DNA of 64,000 nt, taken from NCBI RefSeq assembly GCF_056746865.1, contig NZ_CM163382.1. One strand, given 5' to 3'. The notes beneath the pieces were generated by a model. It was not told the DNA's origin. It searched no databases and saw only the letters and a program-made list of their open reading frames with translations. The translations under genes were made by a program, and so were the position numbers. Positions 1 to 10,180 of this stretch are shown here, piece by piece. The first letter of the stretch is position 1; each line of letters opens with the position of its first letter.

Positions 1-174
1 CTTACATAATTAAGGAGAACAAAATGGAACTTAATACACGCCAACAATTTGTATTACTTAAATAGACCAGTGAAGGTACGCATCAGAACATCCGGTGAAG
101 TGATTAATATTTCGTTGAATATTTCTCCCGATTTTTGAAACCTGCTGCTGTAGAAATTCTGAACAGGAGGAATT

Positions 175-459
175 ATGCCTTTAGCAGCCAAACTCACCGA
201 CAAAGGCACCCAGCACGACGGTTATTACGAGACCGTCATCACCGCCGGGTCATCCACCGTCTTTATCGATGGTCTTCCCGCAGCCCGTCAGGGAGATCCG
301 CTGACGCCGCATGCTAAACCGAAGCATCCCCCTCATCCCCGTAAAATCGCCAGAGGTTCTTCAACCGTCTTTATTGACGGCCTGCCCGCCGCCAGAAGCG
401 GTGATGCTGTTGACTGCGGCGGCGTGGTTATTGGTGGCGGTACGGTAAATATAGGCTGA
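175..459 (+). CDS. PAAR-domain protein (T6SS spike-sharpening protein), 94 aa
   Basis: Translation contains two GLPAAR(Q/S)GD motifs and a glycine-rich tail; GGAGG RBS 8 nt upstream of ATG; lies 18 nt upstream of vgrG. Confidence 0.75.
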   Translation: MPLAAKLTDKGTQHDGYYETVITAGSSTVFIDGLPAARQGDPLTPHAKPKHPPHPRKIARGSSTVFIDGLPAARSGDAVDCGGVVIGGGTVNIG

Positions 460-477
460 TATGTCTGAGAGGTATTT

Positions 478-2883
478 ATGTCCTTAAAAGGTCTTCGCTT
501 TACGCTGGAGGTTGACGGCCAGGAGCCGGACACCTTTGCAGTGGTGAATTTCAGGTTAATCCAGAACCAGTCATATCCGTTTGTGATGAGTGTGGATGTT
601 GCCAGCGACTCTTTTATGCAGACGGCGGAGATGCTGCTGGAGAAGAAGGCGACACTGACCATCTGGCAGGGCGCAGTGGCGCAGCGTTATGTCACCGGCG
701 TGGTGGCGGGTTTTGGCATGCAGGAGAATAACGGCTGGCAGATGCGTTATCACCTGCGTATTGAGCCGCCGTTATGGCGGTGCGGGCTGCGGCAGAACTT
801 TCGTATCTTCCAGCAGCAGGATATCCGGACGATATCGGCCACGTTACTGAACGAGAACGGCGTCACGGAGTGGACGCCGCTGTTTTATGAGGACCATCCG
901 GCGCGGGAGTTCTGTGTCCAGTACGGGGAGTCGGACCTGGCGTTTCTGTCCCGGCTATGGGCGGAGGAGGGTCTTTTCTTCTTTGAGCGGTTTGCGGCGG
1001 ACAGTCCGGAGCAGAAGCTGACGCTGTGCGACGATGTGGCGGGGCTGTCACAGGCGGGGGAGTTTCCGTTTAACCCGGACACATCGGCAGGAGCGGAGAC
1101 GGAGTGTGTCAGTATGTTCCGTTATGAGGCGCATGTCCGCCCGTCATCGGTGCAGAGCCAGGATTACACCTTTAAGGTGCCGGACTGGCCGGGGATGTAT
1201 GAGCAGCAGGGTGAGAACCTGAACGGACAGCTGGAGCAGTATGAGATATTTGATTATCCGGGAAGGTACAAGGATGAACAGCACGGCAAGGATTTCACGC
1301 TGTACCAGATGGAGAGCCTGCGCAGTGATGCGGAAAAGGCCACAGGGCAGAGTAATTCGCCGAAGCTGTGGCCGGGAACGCGGTTTATGCTGACGGGGCA
1401 TCCGCAGAAGATGCTGAACCGTGAATGGCAGGTGGTACAGAGCATACTGTCAGGAAACCAGCCGCAGGCGCTGCACGGCAGCCAGGGAAAGGGAACCACG
1501 CTGGGCAATCAGTTAGAGGTGATACCGGCGGACCGGACGTGGCGTCCACGGCTGCAAAACAAACCGAAGGTGGACGGGCCACAGAGCGCCATTGTCACCG
1601 GTCCTGCGGGAGAGGAAATCTTCTGCGACGAACACGGACGTGTGCGAGTGCAGTTTCACTGGGACAGGTATAACCCGGCAACGGAGGCGAGTTCATGCTG
1701 GGTGAGGGTGTCGCAGGCGTGGGCGGGGCCGGGGTTCGGTAACCTGGCGATACCACGGGTGGGTCAGGAGGTGATAGTGGACTTCCTGAACGGCGACCCG
1801 GACCAGCCGATAATCATGGGGCGGACGTACCATGAGGACAACCGTTCGCCGGGCGACCTGCCGGGAACGAAGACGCAGATGACCATCCGGTCAAAAACCT
1901 ATAAAGGAAGCGGATTTAACGAGCTGCGGTTTGAAGACGCCACCAGTAATGAGCAGGTGTATATCCATGCCCAGAAGAACATGGATACGGAGGTGCTCAA
2001 CGACCGGACAACGGATGTGAAACATGACCATACGGAAACCATCGGGAACGACCAGAAGATAACGGTGGTGAAGGGGCAGACGGTTCAGGTCGGGACCAGA
2101 AAAGAAGGGGGCCACGACCAGAGTATCACGGTGGCGAACGACCGGTGCATCACGGTACGTAATGACCAGACGCTGCAGGTGACGAATGACCGGACGGTGA
2201 GCGTGAGTAATGATGACGGCCTGTACGTCAGAAATGACCGTAAAGTGACGGTGGAAGGGAAGCAGGAGCATAAGACGACGGGGAACCATATCAGTCTGGT
2301 GGAGGGAAAGCACAGCCTGGTGGTGAAGGGGGACCTGGCGAGGAAGGTGAGTGGCGCGCTGGGGATAAAGGTGGACGGGGATATCGTGCTGGAGAGCAGC
2401 AGCCGGATAAGCCTGAAGGTGAGTGGCTCGTTTGTGGTCATCCATTCAGGGGGCGTGGACATCGTCGGGCCGAAAATCAATCTCAATAGCGGCGGTAGTC
2501 CGGGGACGCCGGTGCCGGCGCTGCAACCGGCGGTGCTGAAGACACTGGGGGATGAGAAGAGTGGTGATGGCAGTGATTCCGGAGAAGAAAATGAAGACTC
2601 TGGAGGGAACTGCGTGACCGGAAGTGGTGGTGATGATCGAGGTGACGATGAGGATGAACCTGAAAAATATACTCTCCAGTTCCATTTTACAGACGATGAC
2701 GGGATACCGTATTCAGAAACCCGCTACATTGCCTTCTTTGAGGATGGCACGCAGACCCGCGGAGAAACGGATGAAGAGGGGTATACAGAGCGTTTTTTTG
2801 TATCTAGCAAACATGAAATTAAAGTGAAGTTGTTATTTGCGAATGATGATTTTCTCTCAATGGAAGGACACTATGGACGATAA
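478..2883 (+). CDS. vgrG: Type VI secretion spike protein VgrG (gp27/gp5-like) with C-terminal acidic linker and extension domain, 801 aa
   Basis: N-terminus MSLKGLRFTLEVDG, conserved core GPAGEEIFCDEHGRVRV...QAWAGPGFGNLAIPRVGQEVIVDFLNGDPDQPIIMGRTYH, followed by gp5-like beta-helix octapeptide repeats (VxNDRTxxV...), then a D/E/G/S-rich linker and about 100 aa C-terminal domain. Confidence 0.9.
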   Translation: MSLKGLRFTLEVDGQEPDTFAVVNFRLIQNQSYPFVMSVDVASDSFMQTAEMLLEKKATLTIWQGAVAQRYVTGVVAGFGMQENNGWQMRYHLRIEPPLWRCGLRQNFRIFQQQDIRTISATLLNENGVTEWTPLFYEDHPAREFCVQYGESDLAFLSRLWAEEGLFFFERFAADSPEQKLTLCDDVAGLSQAGEFPFNPDTSAGAETECVSMFRYEAHVRPSSVQSQDYTFKVPDWPGMYEQQGENLNGQLEQYEIFDYPGRYKDEQHGKDFTLYQMESLRSDAEKATGQSNSPKLWPGTRFMLTGHPQKMLNREWQVVQSILSGNQPQALHGSQGKGTTLGNQLEVIPADRTWRPRLQNKPKVDGPQSAIVTGPAGEEIFCDEHGRVRVQFHWDRYNPATEASSCWVRVSQAWAGPGFGNLAIPRVGQEVIVDFLNGDPDQPIIMGRTYHEDNRSPGDLPGTKTQMTIRSKTYKGSGFNELRFEDATSNEQVYIHAQKNMDTEVLNDRTTDVKHDHTETIGNDQKITVVKGQTVQVGTRKEGGHDQSITVANDRCITVRNDQTLQVTNDRTVSVSNDDGLYVRNDRKVTVEGKQEHKTTGNHISLVEGKHSLVVKGDLARKVSGALGIKVDGDIVLESSSRISLKVSGSFVVIHSGGVDIVGPKINLNSGGSPGTPVPALQPAVLKTLGDEKSGDGSDSGEENEDSGGNCVTGSGGDDRGDDEDEPEKYTLQFHFTDDDGIPYSETRYIAFFEDGTQTRGETDEEGYTERFFVSSKHEIKVKLLFANDDFLSMEGHYGR

Positions 2884-3664
2884 TAATCAAACTTCTGGAC
2901 AACCAAAGCCAGAGCCAGAAGAATGTGTGAAAGAGCAAAAAATAACTGATCATTTTAAAATAATGATTGATAAGGCTCGTAAGGCACAAAAGTTGGTTTT
3001 GATAAAAAGAGCAGATGATCTTTTGAGATGGGGAGCACAGGAGGAATATGATTTCAGTAAGATCTTTGGTGTTAAAGGAAATAAGGAGGTTAATATAAGA
3101 AAATATGGACATAATACAGGTAGGCGCATGAATGCTAGATTTCTTATGATGGATGGTGTGAGAAGATTAATGATTATAGCTAATGATTTAACAATGAGCA
3201 GTTTTATAAATTATACAGGTTGTAATGAATTTGCAGCATTCGTCAGCCCAAGTAAGGATATGCCCTATATAATTAACATAGGCGCAAAATTTGAGTATAG
3301 AGATGGCAAAAAAAATCCAGTAACGGGAAAGGATTCTCATGTTGCTACTTTATGTCATGAAATGTCTCATATTCAGTGGTATTATGGGGATAATAAAAAA
3401 GGTGGTATGTGGTCACAGGATTATACAACTACTGATAAATATTCAACGTGCAAAGAGGATGAAGTTTCATATGACGAACATATCCGTATTGCAACTAAAC
3501 TGATCTCTAAACAAAAAGATCAAATATTCGAGAATGCATATAACATAGAAAGATATTTTGAAATAAGATTAATTGAAAGTGAGATAGACTCGATTAATGA
3601 TGAAATATTAAGCAATTCAGTTAAGAAAAAAATAGCGGAATTAGAAAAAGCACTTCTCCATTAA
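2873..3664 (+). CDS. Putative HExxH zinc-metallopeptidase-like protein; candidate VgrG-associated cargo effector
   Basis: ORF overlapping the vgrG stop (ATG at 2873, alternative ATG at 2837); motif ATLCHEMSHIQW (HExxH); abrupt drop to AT-rich composition; no confident family assignment. Confidence 0.5.
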   Translation: MDDNNQTSGQPKPEPEECVKEQKITDHFKIMIDKARKAQKLVLIKRADDLLRWGAQEEYDFSKIFGVKGNKEVNIRKYGHNTGRRMNARFLMMDGVRRLMIIANDLTMSSFINYTGCNEFAAFVSPSKDMPYIINIGAKFEYRDGKKNPVTGKDSHVATLCHEMSHIQWYYGDNKKGGMWSQDYTTTDKYSTCKEDEVSYDEHIRIATKLISKQKDQIFENAYNIERYFEIRLIESEIDSINDEILSNSVKKKIAELEKALLH

Positions 3665-3716
3665 CTAATAAGTCGAGAAATATATTAATGCTGCAAGCTA
3701 TAAAAAAATCATAATA

Positions 3717-4346
3717 ATGACAATCGTAAATATTATATTTTTCTATTCCTTTCAATCGACTGCGGATGAAATGGTTTTAATAAAAAAATACGGGTTTGGG
3801 CTTGAGAGAGATATCAAAGGAAGGCCATTAATTTATCCTATCGAAAATTATGATGAGTGTAAGAAAAAATGCAATCATATGAATTATATAGCGGATGTCA
3901 ATGCTCAATTAGCTATGAGTAAAAAAAACAACAGGATTTTTGCTAACATAACCTTTACTAACAATAGCTCTACCACGTATTTTTTTTCTAAATATTACCT
4001 ACCTATGAAAGTAAAAGATGGAAAAGGAGATGAATATGATGCGATATGCAAAAAACCATTCAGAATCAACTCTGGGAATATCACGTTGGACTACTTAGGT
4101 GGTTCATGTCCTTTTGAAATTAATACGAATCCTGAACGGTGGAATACTATTAAACCAGGTCGTAGTTTTTTGTTGAGTATAACCTTAAATGATATGTATG
4201 CCTTTATACCAGGAGATAATTATTATTTTATAAAATCATCTGGCTATAAATTTGTTAATGACAAGTGGTTTACACTCAAATCAATCAATAATATTTTTCT
4301 TTATTTTTTAAATTTAAAAATTAATTGTGCTGATGATTTTTTTTGA
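3717..4346 (+). CDS. Hypothetical protein, AT-rich; candidate immunity/accessory protein of the vgrG cargo
   Basis: 209-aa ORF immediately downstream of the HExxH gene, same strand; no recognisable motif; start codon uncertain. Confidence 0.35.
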   Translation: MTIVNIIFFYSFQSTADEMVLIKKYGFGLERDIKGRPLIYPIENYDECKKKCNHMNYIADVNAQLAMSKKNNRIFANITFTNNSSTTYFFSKYYLPMKVKDGKGDEYDAICKKPFRINSGNITLDYLGGSCPFEINTNPERWNTIKPGRSFLLSITLNDMYAFIPGDNYYFIKSSGYKFVNDKWFTLKSINNIFLYFLNLKINCADDFF

Positions 4347-4528
4347 TATTAATAATTTTACTACATGTGATAATTTGTTATTAGATGAAAAAAAATACTT
4401 TTTTATTAATCAGTTATGGGCAATTGAGGATGAAAAAAATTCTATTTACGTCACCCCTGATGAAATTTCTATAAGTATAGACGGCGATAACTTAAAGTTG
4501 CCATATTAGGAATCTGTGAAAGAACAAG

Positions 4529-5017
4529 GTGCGCCGCTTTTTTGTACTAAATAATTCGCATTTTAGTCACGGCAGAGAAGAAATCCATCTTCATATTGTT
4601 TGCGATGTCCCTGATGAACTTATTGATTTCACGTTTGAATGGAAAGGTCAGAAGAAATTATGCGTGGCAGTCTCCTTTTGGTCAATAATAGCAGAACAAA
4701 AGAAAGAGCCAGAAATGACGGTCAGATATTATATCAGTTCTGCTGATTTAACCGCAAAAAAGTTCGCCACAGCGATACGAAATCACTGGCACGTGGAGAA
4801 TAAGCTGCACTGGCGTCTGGACGTGGTAATGAACGAAGACGACTGCAAAATAAGAAGAGGAAACGCCGCAGAATTATTTTCAGGGATACGGCACATCGCT
4901 ATTAATATTTTAACGAATGATAAGGTATTCAAGGCAGGGTTAAGACGCAAGATGCGAAAAGCAGCTATGGACAGAGACTACCTCGCGTCAGTCCTTGCGG
5001 GGAGCGGGCTTTCGTAA
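4529..5017 (+). pseudogene. H-repeat (ISAs1-family) transposase, C-terminal fragment
   Basis: Translation ...[63 protein letters not shown]...[20 protein letters not shown] matches the C-terminal half of Rhs-associated H-rpt proteins (YhhI/YdcC-like); N-terminal half is absent. Confidence 0.75.
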
Positions 5018-5125
5018 TCTTGCCCTGGCGATCGAATAGCGCAGATGACGGTGCTCTAAATTTGAATCTAATAAGCCGGTGTTATTTTTCATCCACTATT
5101 AAAATCTTGACACAACGAGGCAACA

Positions 5126-5686
5126 ATGAAAAAAAGCAAAAAAATTAAAACAATGAACCATCAAAATAATAGCGGGATACAAAATCAACCAGACTATCAC
5201 ATCGAAATAGAAAGAAAAAATATGGTAAGATTGCTTGATGAACGTATTGATAAAGTTTACGGTTCATTGCTAGGACCAATGAAAAAGAAAAATATAGATA
5301 AAATACGTCATTTTACACTTGATGTAATGGTGTTTATTCTTGACACGAACCCTCGTGTTTGTAATAAATTATCCAGGGAAATAATATCTTTAGCGCAAAA
5401 TACCTTCATTGAAAAAAACGTTAATTTTTCAACTTTTAATAATGAACAGCATAGAATAAGGGAGTATATGAATGAAGGTGGTGGAATACGATGGTTTACA
5501 TGGGATAACCCCGAGATATCTTTTGTTCGTGCATCTTTTGGCCTTTTTGTCAAAATGGAAACAAAAGGTGATCATGAACATACACTAAGTGACACATTTC
5601 TTCAGATTGTTGAGTGTGTTAATTTAAATATAGGACTTATTGCAAAAGATGAACTGGTAAAAATCATCAATAAACACTTTATGTAA
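5126..5686 (+). CDS. Hypothetical protein (186 aa), AT-rich island ORF
   Basis: Clean ORF with A-rich upstream region; no recognisable domain; located in the low-GC region downstream of vgrG. Confidence 0.35.
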   Translation: MKKSKKIKTMNHQNNSGIQNQPDYHIEIERKNMVRLLDERIDKVYGSLLGPMKKKNIDKIRHFTLDVMVFILDTNPRVCNKLSREIISLAQNTFIEKNVNFSTFNNEQHRIREYMNEGGGIRWFTWDNPEISFVRASFGLFVKMETKGDHEHTLSDTFLQIVECVNLNIGLIAKDELVKIINKHFM

Positions 5687-6045
5687 AAATATACTTCTGT
5701 ATGAAGTTATAATAATACAGTGAAAATCATCAAATTATTAATTAATGATGCTCTTTGTTATTATTTACTTTTTACAATTGAATCAGGGGTTTTATTTTCT
5801 GTAGTAAAGTTGTATTTTTGCTAAAGGTGATAAAGTACAGGTGTTTATATTAAATTAGAACTCCCCTTAATTATCATAAATACAAAGAGGTGAAAACATG
5901 CGGGGGTGTTTTCGTTAAATAATACCATGGTGAATTAATAACATGCTATCAGTGATATACATATTTTCTCTAACAAAGTTTTAGTAAAATTACGCGTAGT
6001 AAGAAGATTCCGCCAAAGATTCCATATAATAATATTAAGGTTGTT

Positions 6046-6681
6046 ATGAATAAAGGTAATAGATTACAACAGTTAGAAGATGCGTGTCGTGATATTATTA
6101 AAATTAACATGTGGTATGAACTCCCCGATTATGTATTTTTTTCAATATCTGACACCATCGATGGGACGAGTGATGAATTCGCAATAAATGTGTATAAAAA
6201 TATCGATAAAAGTCTTCTTGAAATATTATTGCATCCATCTGTTTTACTGTCAGTTGTTGAGTCCTTACAAAGTAATACTATAGCTGAGTATATCGTGAAA
6301 TTGTCTGAAATAGAGATGAATTATGACGACTTGCTAATATCGGATGTTAAATCATGTCTTTTTATCAACTATGGATTCAATAACAGTGAATCGGTTGCGC
6401 TATTTAATAAGATTTACCGCGAATTAAAAGATATTGTAAAATCATCAAGAGTACATATAGATCATGAGAAAGATATTTTTGATGGCCTTAATCAAATCTT
6501 GGCTTTTTCCGATAATAATAAACATGAGTATTTTTTATATATAAAGGCATATTGGCTCAGTTTATACTTTTGTGAAATTTCACAGAACGTGAGAGAAAGA
6601 GATAAGTTGTCATTTTATTATAATGAATTTTCTGTCCGATTTCCTAATGTTGTCCTATATCCGTCATGCTACAAATTGTAA
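6046..6681 (+). CDS. Hypothetical protein (211 aa), AT-rich island ORF
   Basis: Clean ORF in the low-GC region; no recognisable domain. Confidence 0.35.
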   Translation: MNKGNRLQQLEDACRDIIKINMWYELPDYVFFSISDTIDGTSDEFAINVYKNIDKSLLEILLHPSVLLSVVESLQSNTIAEYIVKLSEIEMNYDDLLISDVKSCLFINYGFNNSESVALFNKIYRELKDIVKSSRVHIDHEKDIFDGLNQILAFSDNNKHEYFLYIKAYWLSLYFCEISQNVRERDKLSFYYNEFSVRFPNVVLYPSCYKL

Positions 6682-7073
6682 GGCTTGGCACCTGAAATTC
6701 ATTGTTAATTCGAGACGCTTGATTGTCCACTATATCAAAACAGTCATACCTCGGAATTTTCTCGCATTAGTCCATACGGTATTCAATATTCGCAACTGTG
6801 CCCTGAAATAAAAAACTGCAAAACTGCTTTTTCTTGACCTGTCCCAATCACGCAAGACTACTTTTAGTAGAGACCTCCAGCTATGTCGATTTTAGTGCCG
6901 CCCGCGCATTTTATACAAAACAGGGCTTTATTAATGAAGCTATAATACGCAATTACTATGATGTTGGTGAGGATAAATTAATCTTCACTAAAAATATGCA
7001 ATCGTGAGATAAAATATGCTTTTAACTCATATTGAAACATTGCTTAAGCAACTTGGTTGCTGCATATGATTCT

Positions 7074-7643
7074 TTAGCCCGCGGTGACTCGCTTGCCGCT
7101 GGTAACAAACGTGCCAGCACCTAAGTGATGTAGTTTATTGAGTTTATCATCATCAAACTGCCAGCGGCCTTCGACAAATACCCGTGCGTCTGCCGCTGCT
7201 GATACCACCTCGCCAAACAGCGTGTCGTATTTTTCTTGCGCGGAAGTCGCAGGTAGCAAGCGGCACTCCATCCACGCCAGACATTTTTCCTCGACCAGAG
7301 GCAAACCAAGTACCGGACCTTTCACTACTGGAATGCCGTAGCAATTAAATTTATCTTCTTCACGACCCGACACACTTCCCACCGCCCACGTCCAGTTAGT
7401 TGCTGCAACGCCCGGGATAACGATGCCAAATTTACCGTTACGTTCAATCAACTCCCTGGTCCATGTCGATTTATCTACCACGATCGCAACACGTGGCGGT
7501 TCAAACTCTACCGGCATCGACCAGGCCGCAGCCATCACATTACGTCGCTGTGATTTTTCATCAAAAGTTGTTATCAAAATAGTTGGGCCATGATTTAACA
7601 GACGGCTGGCATGGTGTAATTCGACAGGGATGAATCGGCTCAC
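7074..7643 (-). CDS. yddH: Flavin reductase-like domain protein YddH
   Basis: 189-aa translation MSRFIPVELHHASRLLNHGPTILITT... matches remembered E. coli YddH. Confidence 0.8.
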   Translation of the reverse strand: MSRFIPVELHHASRLLNHGPTILITTFDEKSQRRNVMAAAWSMPVEFEPPRVAIVVDKSTWTRELIERNGKFGIVIPGVAATNWTWAVGSVSGREEDKFNCYGIPVVKGPVLGLPLVEEKCLAWMECRLLPATSAQEKYDTLFGEVVSAAADARVFVEGRWQFDDDKLNKLHHLGAGTFVTSGKRVTAG

Positions 7644-7817
7644 GGTATCGCCTCGCTAAGAAGGGGGTTTTAAAAGCGTAGCTCGTAACGCTATAAGTAA
7701 CGAAATTAACGGGATTGGCGATTTGCGAACGTGATGCATGTCCGCGATCGCACAAAATAGCCGGTGCGGCGTCTATTCCAGGTTATAAGTTGAGAAAACC
7801 ACTAAGGGAAACGCCTG

Positions 7818-8663
7818 ATGACGCCCATTCTGAATCATTATTTTGCCCGTATTAACTGGTCGGGAGCTGCTGCGGTCAATATTGATACGCTGCGTGCATT
7901 GCACCTGAAACACAATTGCACCATTCCATTCGAAAACCTCGACGTTTTGCTGCCAAGGGAAATACAGCTTGATGATCAATCGCTGGAAGAGAAACTGGTG
8001 ACAGCCCGTCGTGGTGGTTACTGTTTTGAGCAGAATGGCGTGTTTGAGCGGGTGTTACGCGAGCTGGGGTTTAACGTTCGCAGCTTGTTAGGGCGCGTAG
8101 TGTTATCAAATCCGCCAGCATTACCGCCGCGCACCCATCGTTTGTTGTTGGTGGAACTGGAAGGGGAAAAATGGATTGCTGATGTCGGTTTCGGTGGACA
8201 GACGCTAACCGCGCCGATTCGTTTAGTTCCCGATCTCGTGCAGATCACGCCACACGGAGAGTATCGGTTGTTACAGGAGGGTGATGATTGGGTGTTGCAG
8301 TTTAATCATCATCAGCACTGGCAGTCGATGTACCGTTTTGATCTCTGCGAGCAGCAACAAAGCGATTATGTAATGGGCAATTTCTGGTCTGCGCACTGGC
8401 CGCAGTCGCATTTTCGCCATCATTTGCTGATGTGCCGCCATTTGCCGGACGGCGGCAAGCTGACACTGACCAATTTTCATTTTACCCATTATGAAAATGG
8501 GCACGCGGTGGAGCAGCGAAATCTACCAGATGTGGCGTCGTTATATGCCGTGATGCAGGAACAGTTTGGTCTGGGCGTAGATGATGCGAAACATGGCTTT
8601 ACTGTGGATGAGTTAGCGATGGTGATGGCGGCGTTTGATACGCACCCGGAGGCGGGAAAATAA
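7818..8663 (+). CDS. nhoA: N-hydroxyarylamine O-acetyltransferase
   Basis: 281-aa translation MTPILNHYFARINWSG... with arylamine N-acetyltransferase catalytic region GGYCFEQN; length matches NhoA. Confidence 0.9.
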   Translation: MTPILNHYFARINWSGAAAVNIDTLRALHLKHNCTIPFENLDVLLPREIQLDDQSLEEKLVTARRGGYCFEQNGVFERVLRELGFNVRSLLGRVVLSNPPALPPRTHRLLLVELEGEKWIADVGFGGQTLTAPIRLVPDLVQITPHGEYRLLQEGDDWVLQFNHHQHWQSMYRFDLCEQQQSDYVMGNFWSAHWPQSHFRHHLLMCRHLPDGGKLTLTNFHFTHYENGHAVEQRNLPDVASLYAVMQEQFGLGVDDAKHGFTVDELAMVMAAFDTHPEAGK

Positions 8664-8734
8664 TTTATGTCAGGTTGCCGGATGCGGCGTAATGAACTGC
8701 ACCCCAAATGTTGGACATAATCTGACATCTGAAG

Positions 8735-9265
8735 GTGCAGTTTATGAAACATTCATTTGAAGTAAAACTTGCCGCTGTAAATCATTACCTGGCTGGTCAT
8801 GCAGGCATCATTTCTACGGTAAAACTCTTTCAACTTTCTCACACCAGCCTCTCACACTGGATTAATCTTTTTCTTCTTCACGGTCCTCGGGCACTGGATT
8901 GCAGACACAAGCGTAGCTATTCTCCTGAAGATAAACTTTGCGTGGTTCTTTATGCTCTCGGGCATTCTGAGTCTCTACCCCGGGTAGCTGCCCGGTTTAA
9001 CATTCCCAGCCACAACACGGTTAAAAACTGGATAAAAGGCTACCGCAAATCTGGTAATGAGGCCTTTATCAGGCGCAGGAAGGAGAAAAGCATGACCCGT
9101 TCTGATGATACCCATGAAAACGAGGCAAACATGACGCCGGAAGAGATGAAGAATGAGCTGCGTTATCTTCGCGCAGAAAATGCATATCTGAAAGCCATGC
9201 AGGAGCATCTCCTGGAAAAAAAGCGCCAGGAGCTGGAGAAAAAACGAAAGTCATCCGGAGCCTGA
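8735..9265 (+). CDS. IS3-family transposase OrfA (HTH DNA-binding and leucine-zipper part)
   Basis: 176 aa; HTH region followed by heptad leucine repeat (NELRYLRAENAYLKAMQEHLLEKKRQELEKKRK); ends just after an A6 run. Confidence 0.8.
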   Translation: MQFMKHSFEVKLAAVNHYLAGHAGIISTVKLFQLSHTSLSHWINLFLLHGPRALDCRHKRSYSPEDKLCVVLYALGHSESLPRVAARFNIPSHNTVKNWIKGYRKSGNEAFIRRRKEKSMTRSDDTHENEANMTPEEMKNELRYLRAENAYLKAMQEHLLEKKRQELEKKRKSSGA

Positions 9266-9369
9266 GGTGCGGACACTGCCAGTCTGACCTGTTAAAGGCT
9301 GCAGGGCTGGCCAGAAGCACGCTGTACTACCAGCTGTCACTGCAGAAGGCTAAGGACAAGTATGCTGAT

Positions 9370-10124
<755 letters not shown>

Positions 10125-10173
10125 AAACGCCTTATCCGGCATACATAGACCTGATAAGCGAAGCGCATCAGGC
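10125..10173. repeat. REP/BIME palindromic units (right half of the IS-interrupted PU plus an adjacent PU)
   Basis: aaacgccttatccggcatac...gacctgataagcgaagcgcatcaggc matches the REP consensus family (GCCTGATGCG / CGCTTATCAGGCCTAC). Confidence 0.6.
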
Positions 10174-10180
10174 AACGGTT

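Noticed and set aside
1-174. Possible upstream gene end or small ORF (MELNTRQQFVLLK) before the PAAR gene
   Set aside because: Only 13 codons and no recognisable product; too little sequence to call
478-2883. Initially considered an Rhs core protein because of the PAAR gene upstream and the H-repeat fragment downstream
   Set aside because: No YD/RHS repeats; the sequence has the gp27/gp5 VgrG core and beta-helix octapeptide repeats, and at 801 aa is too short for an Rhs core
6623-6811. 62-aa ORF overlapping the end of the 6046-6681 ORF
   Set aside because: Overlaps a longer ORF in another frame, no RBS or motif; likely spurious
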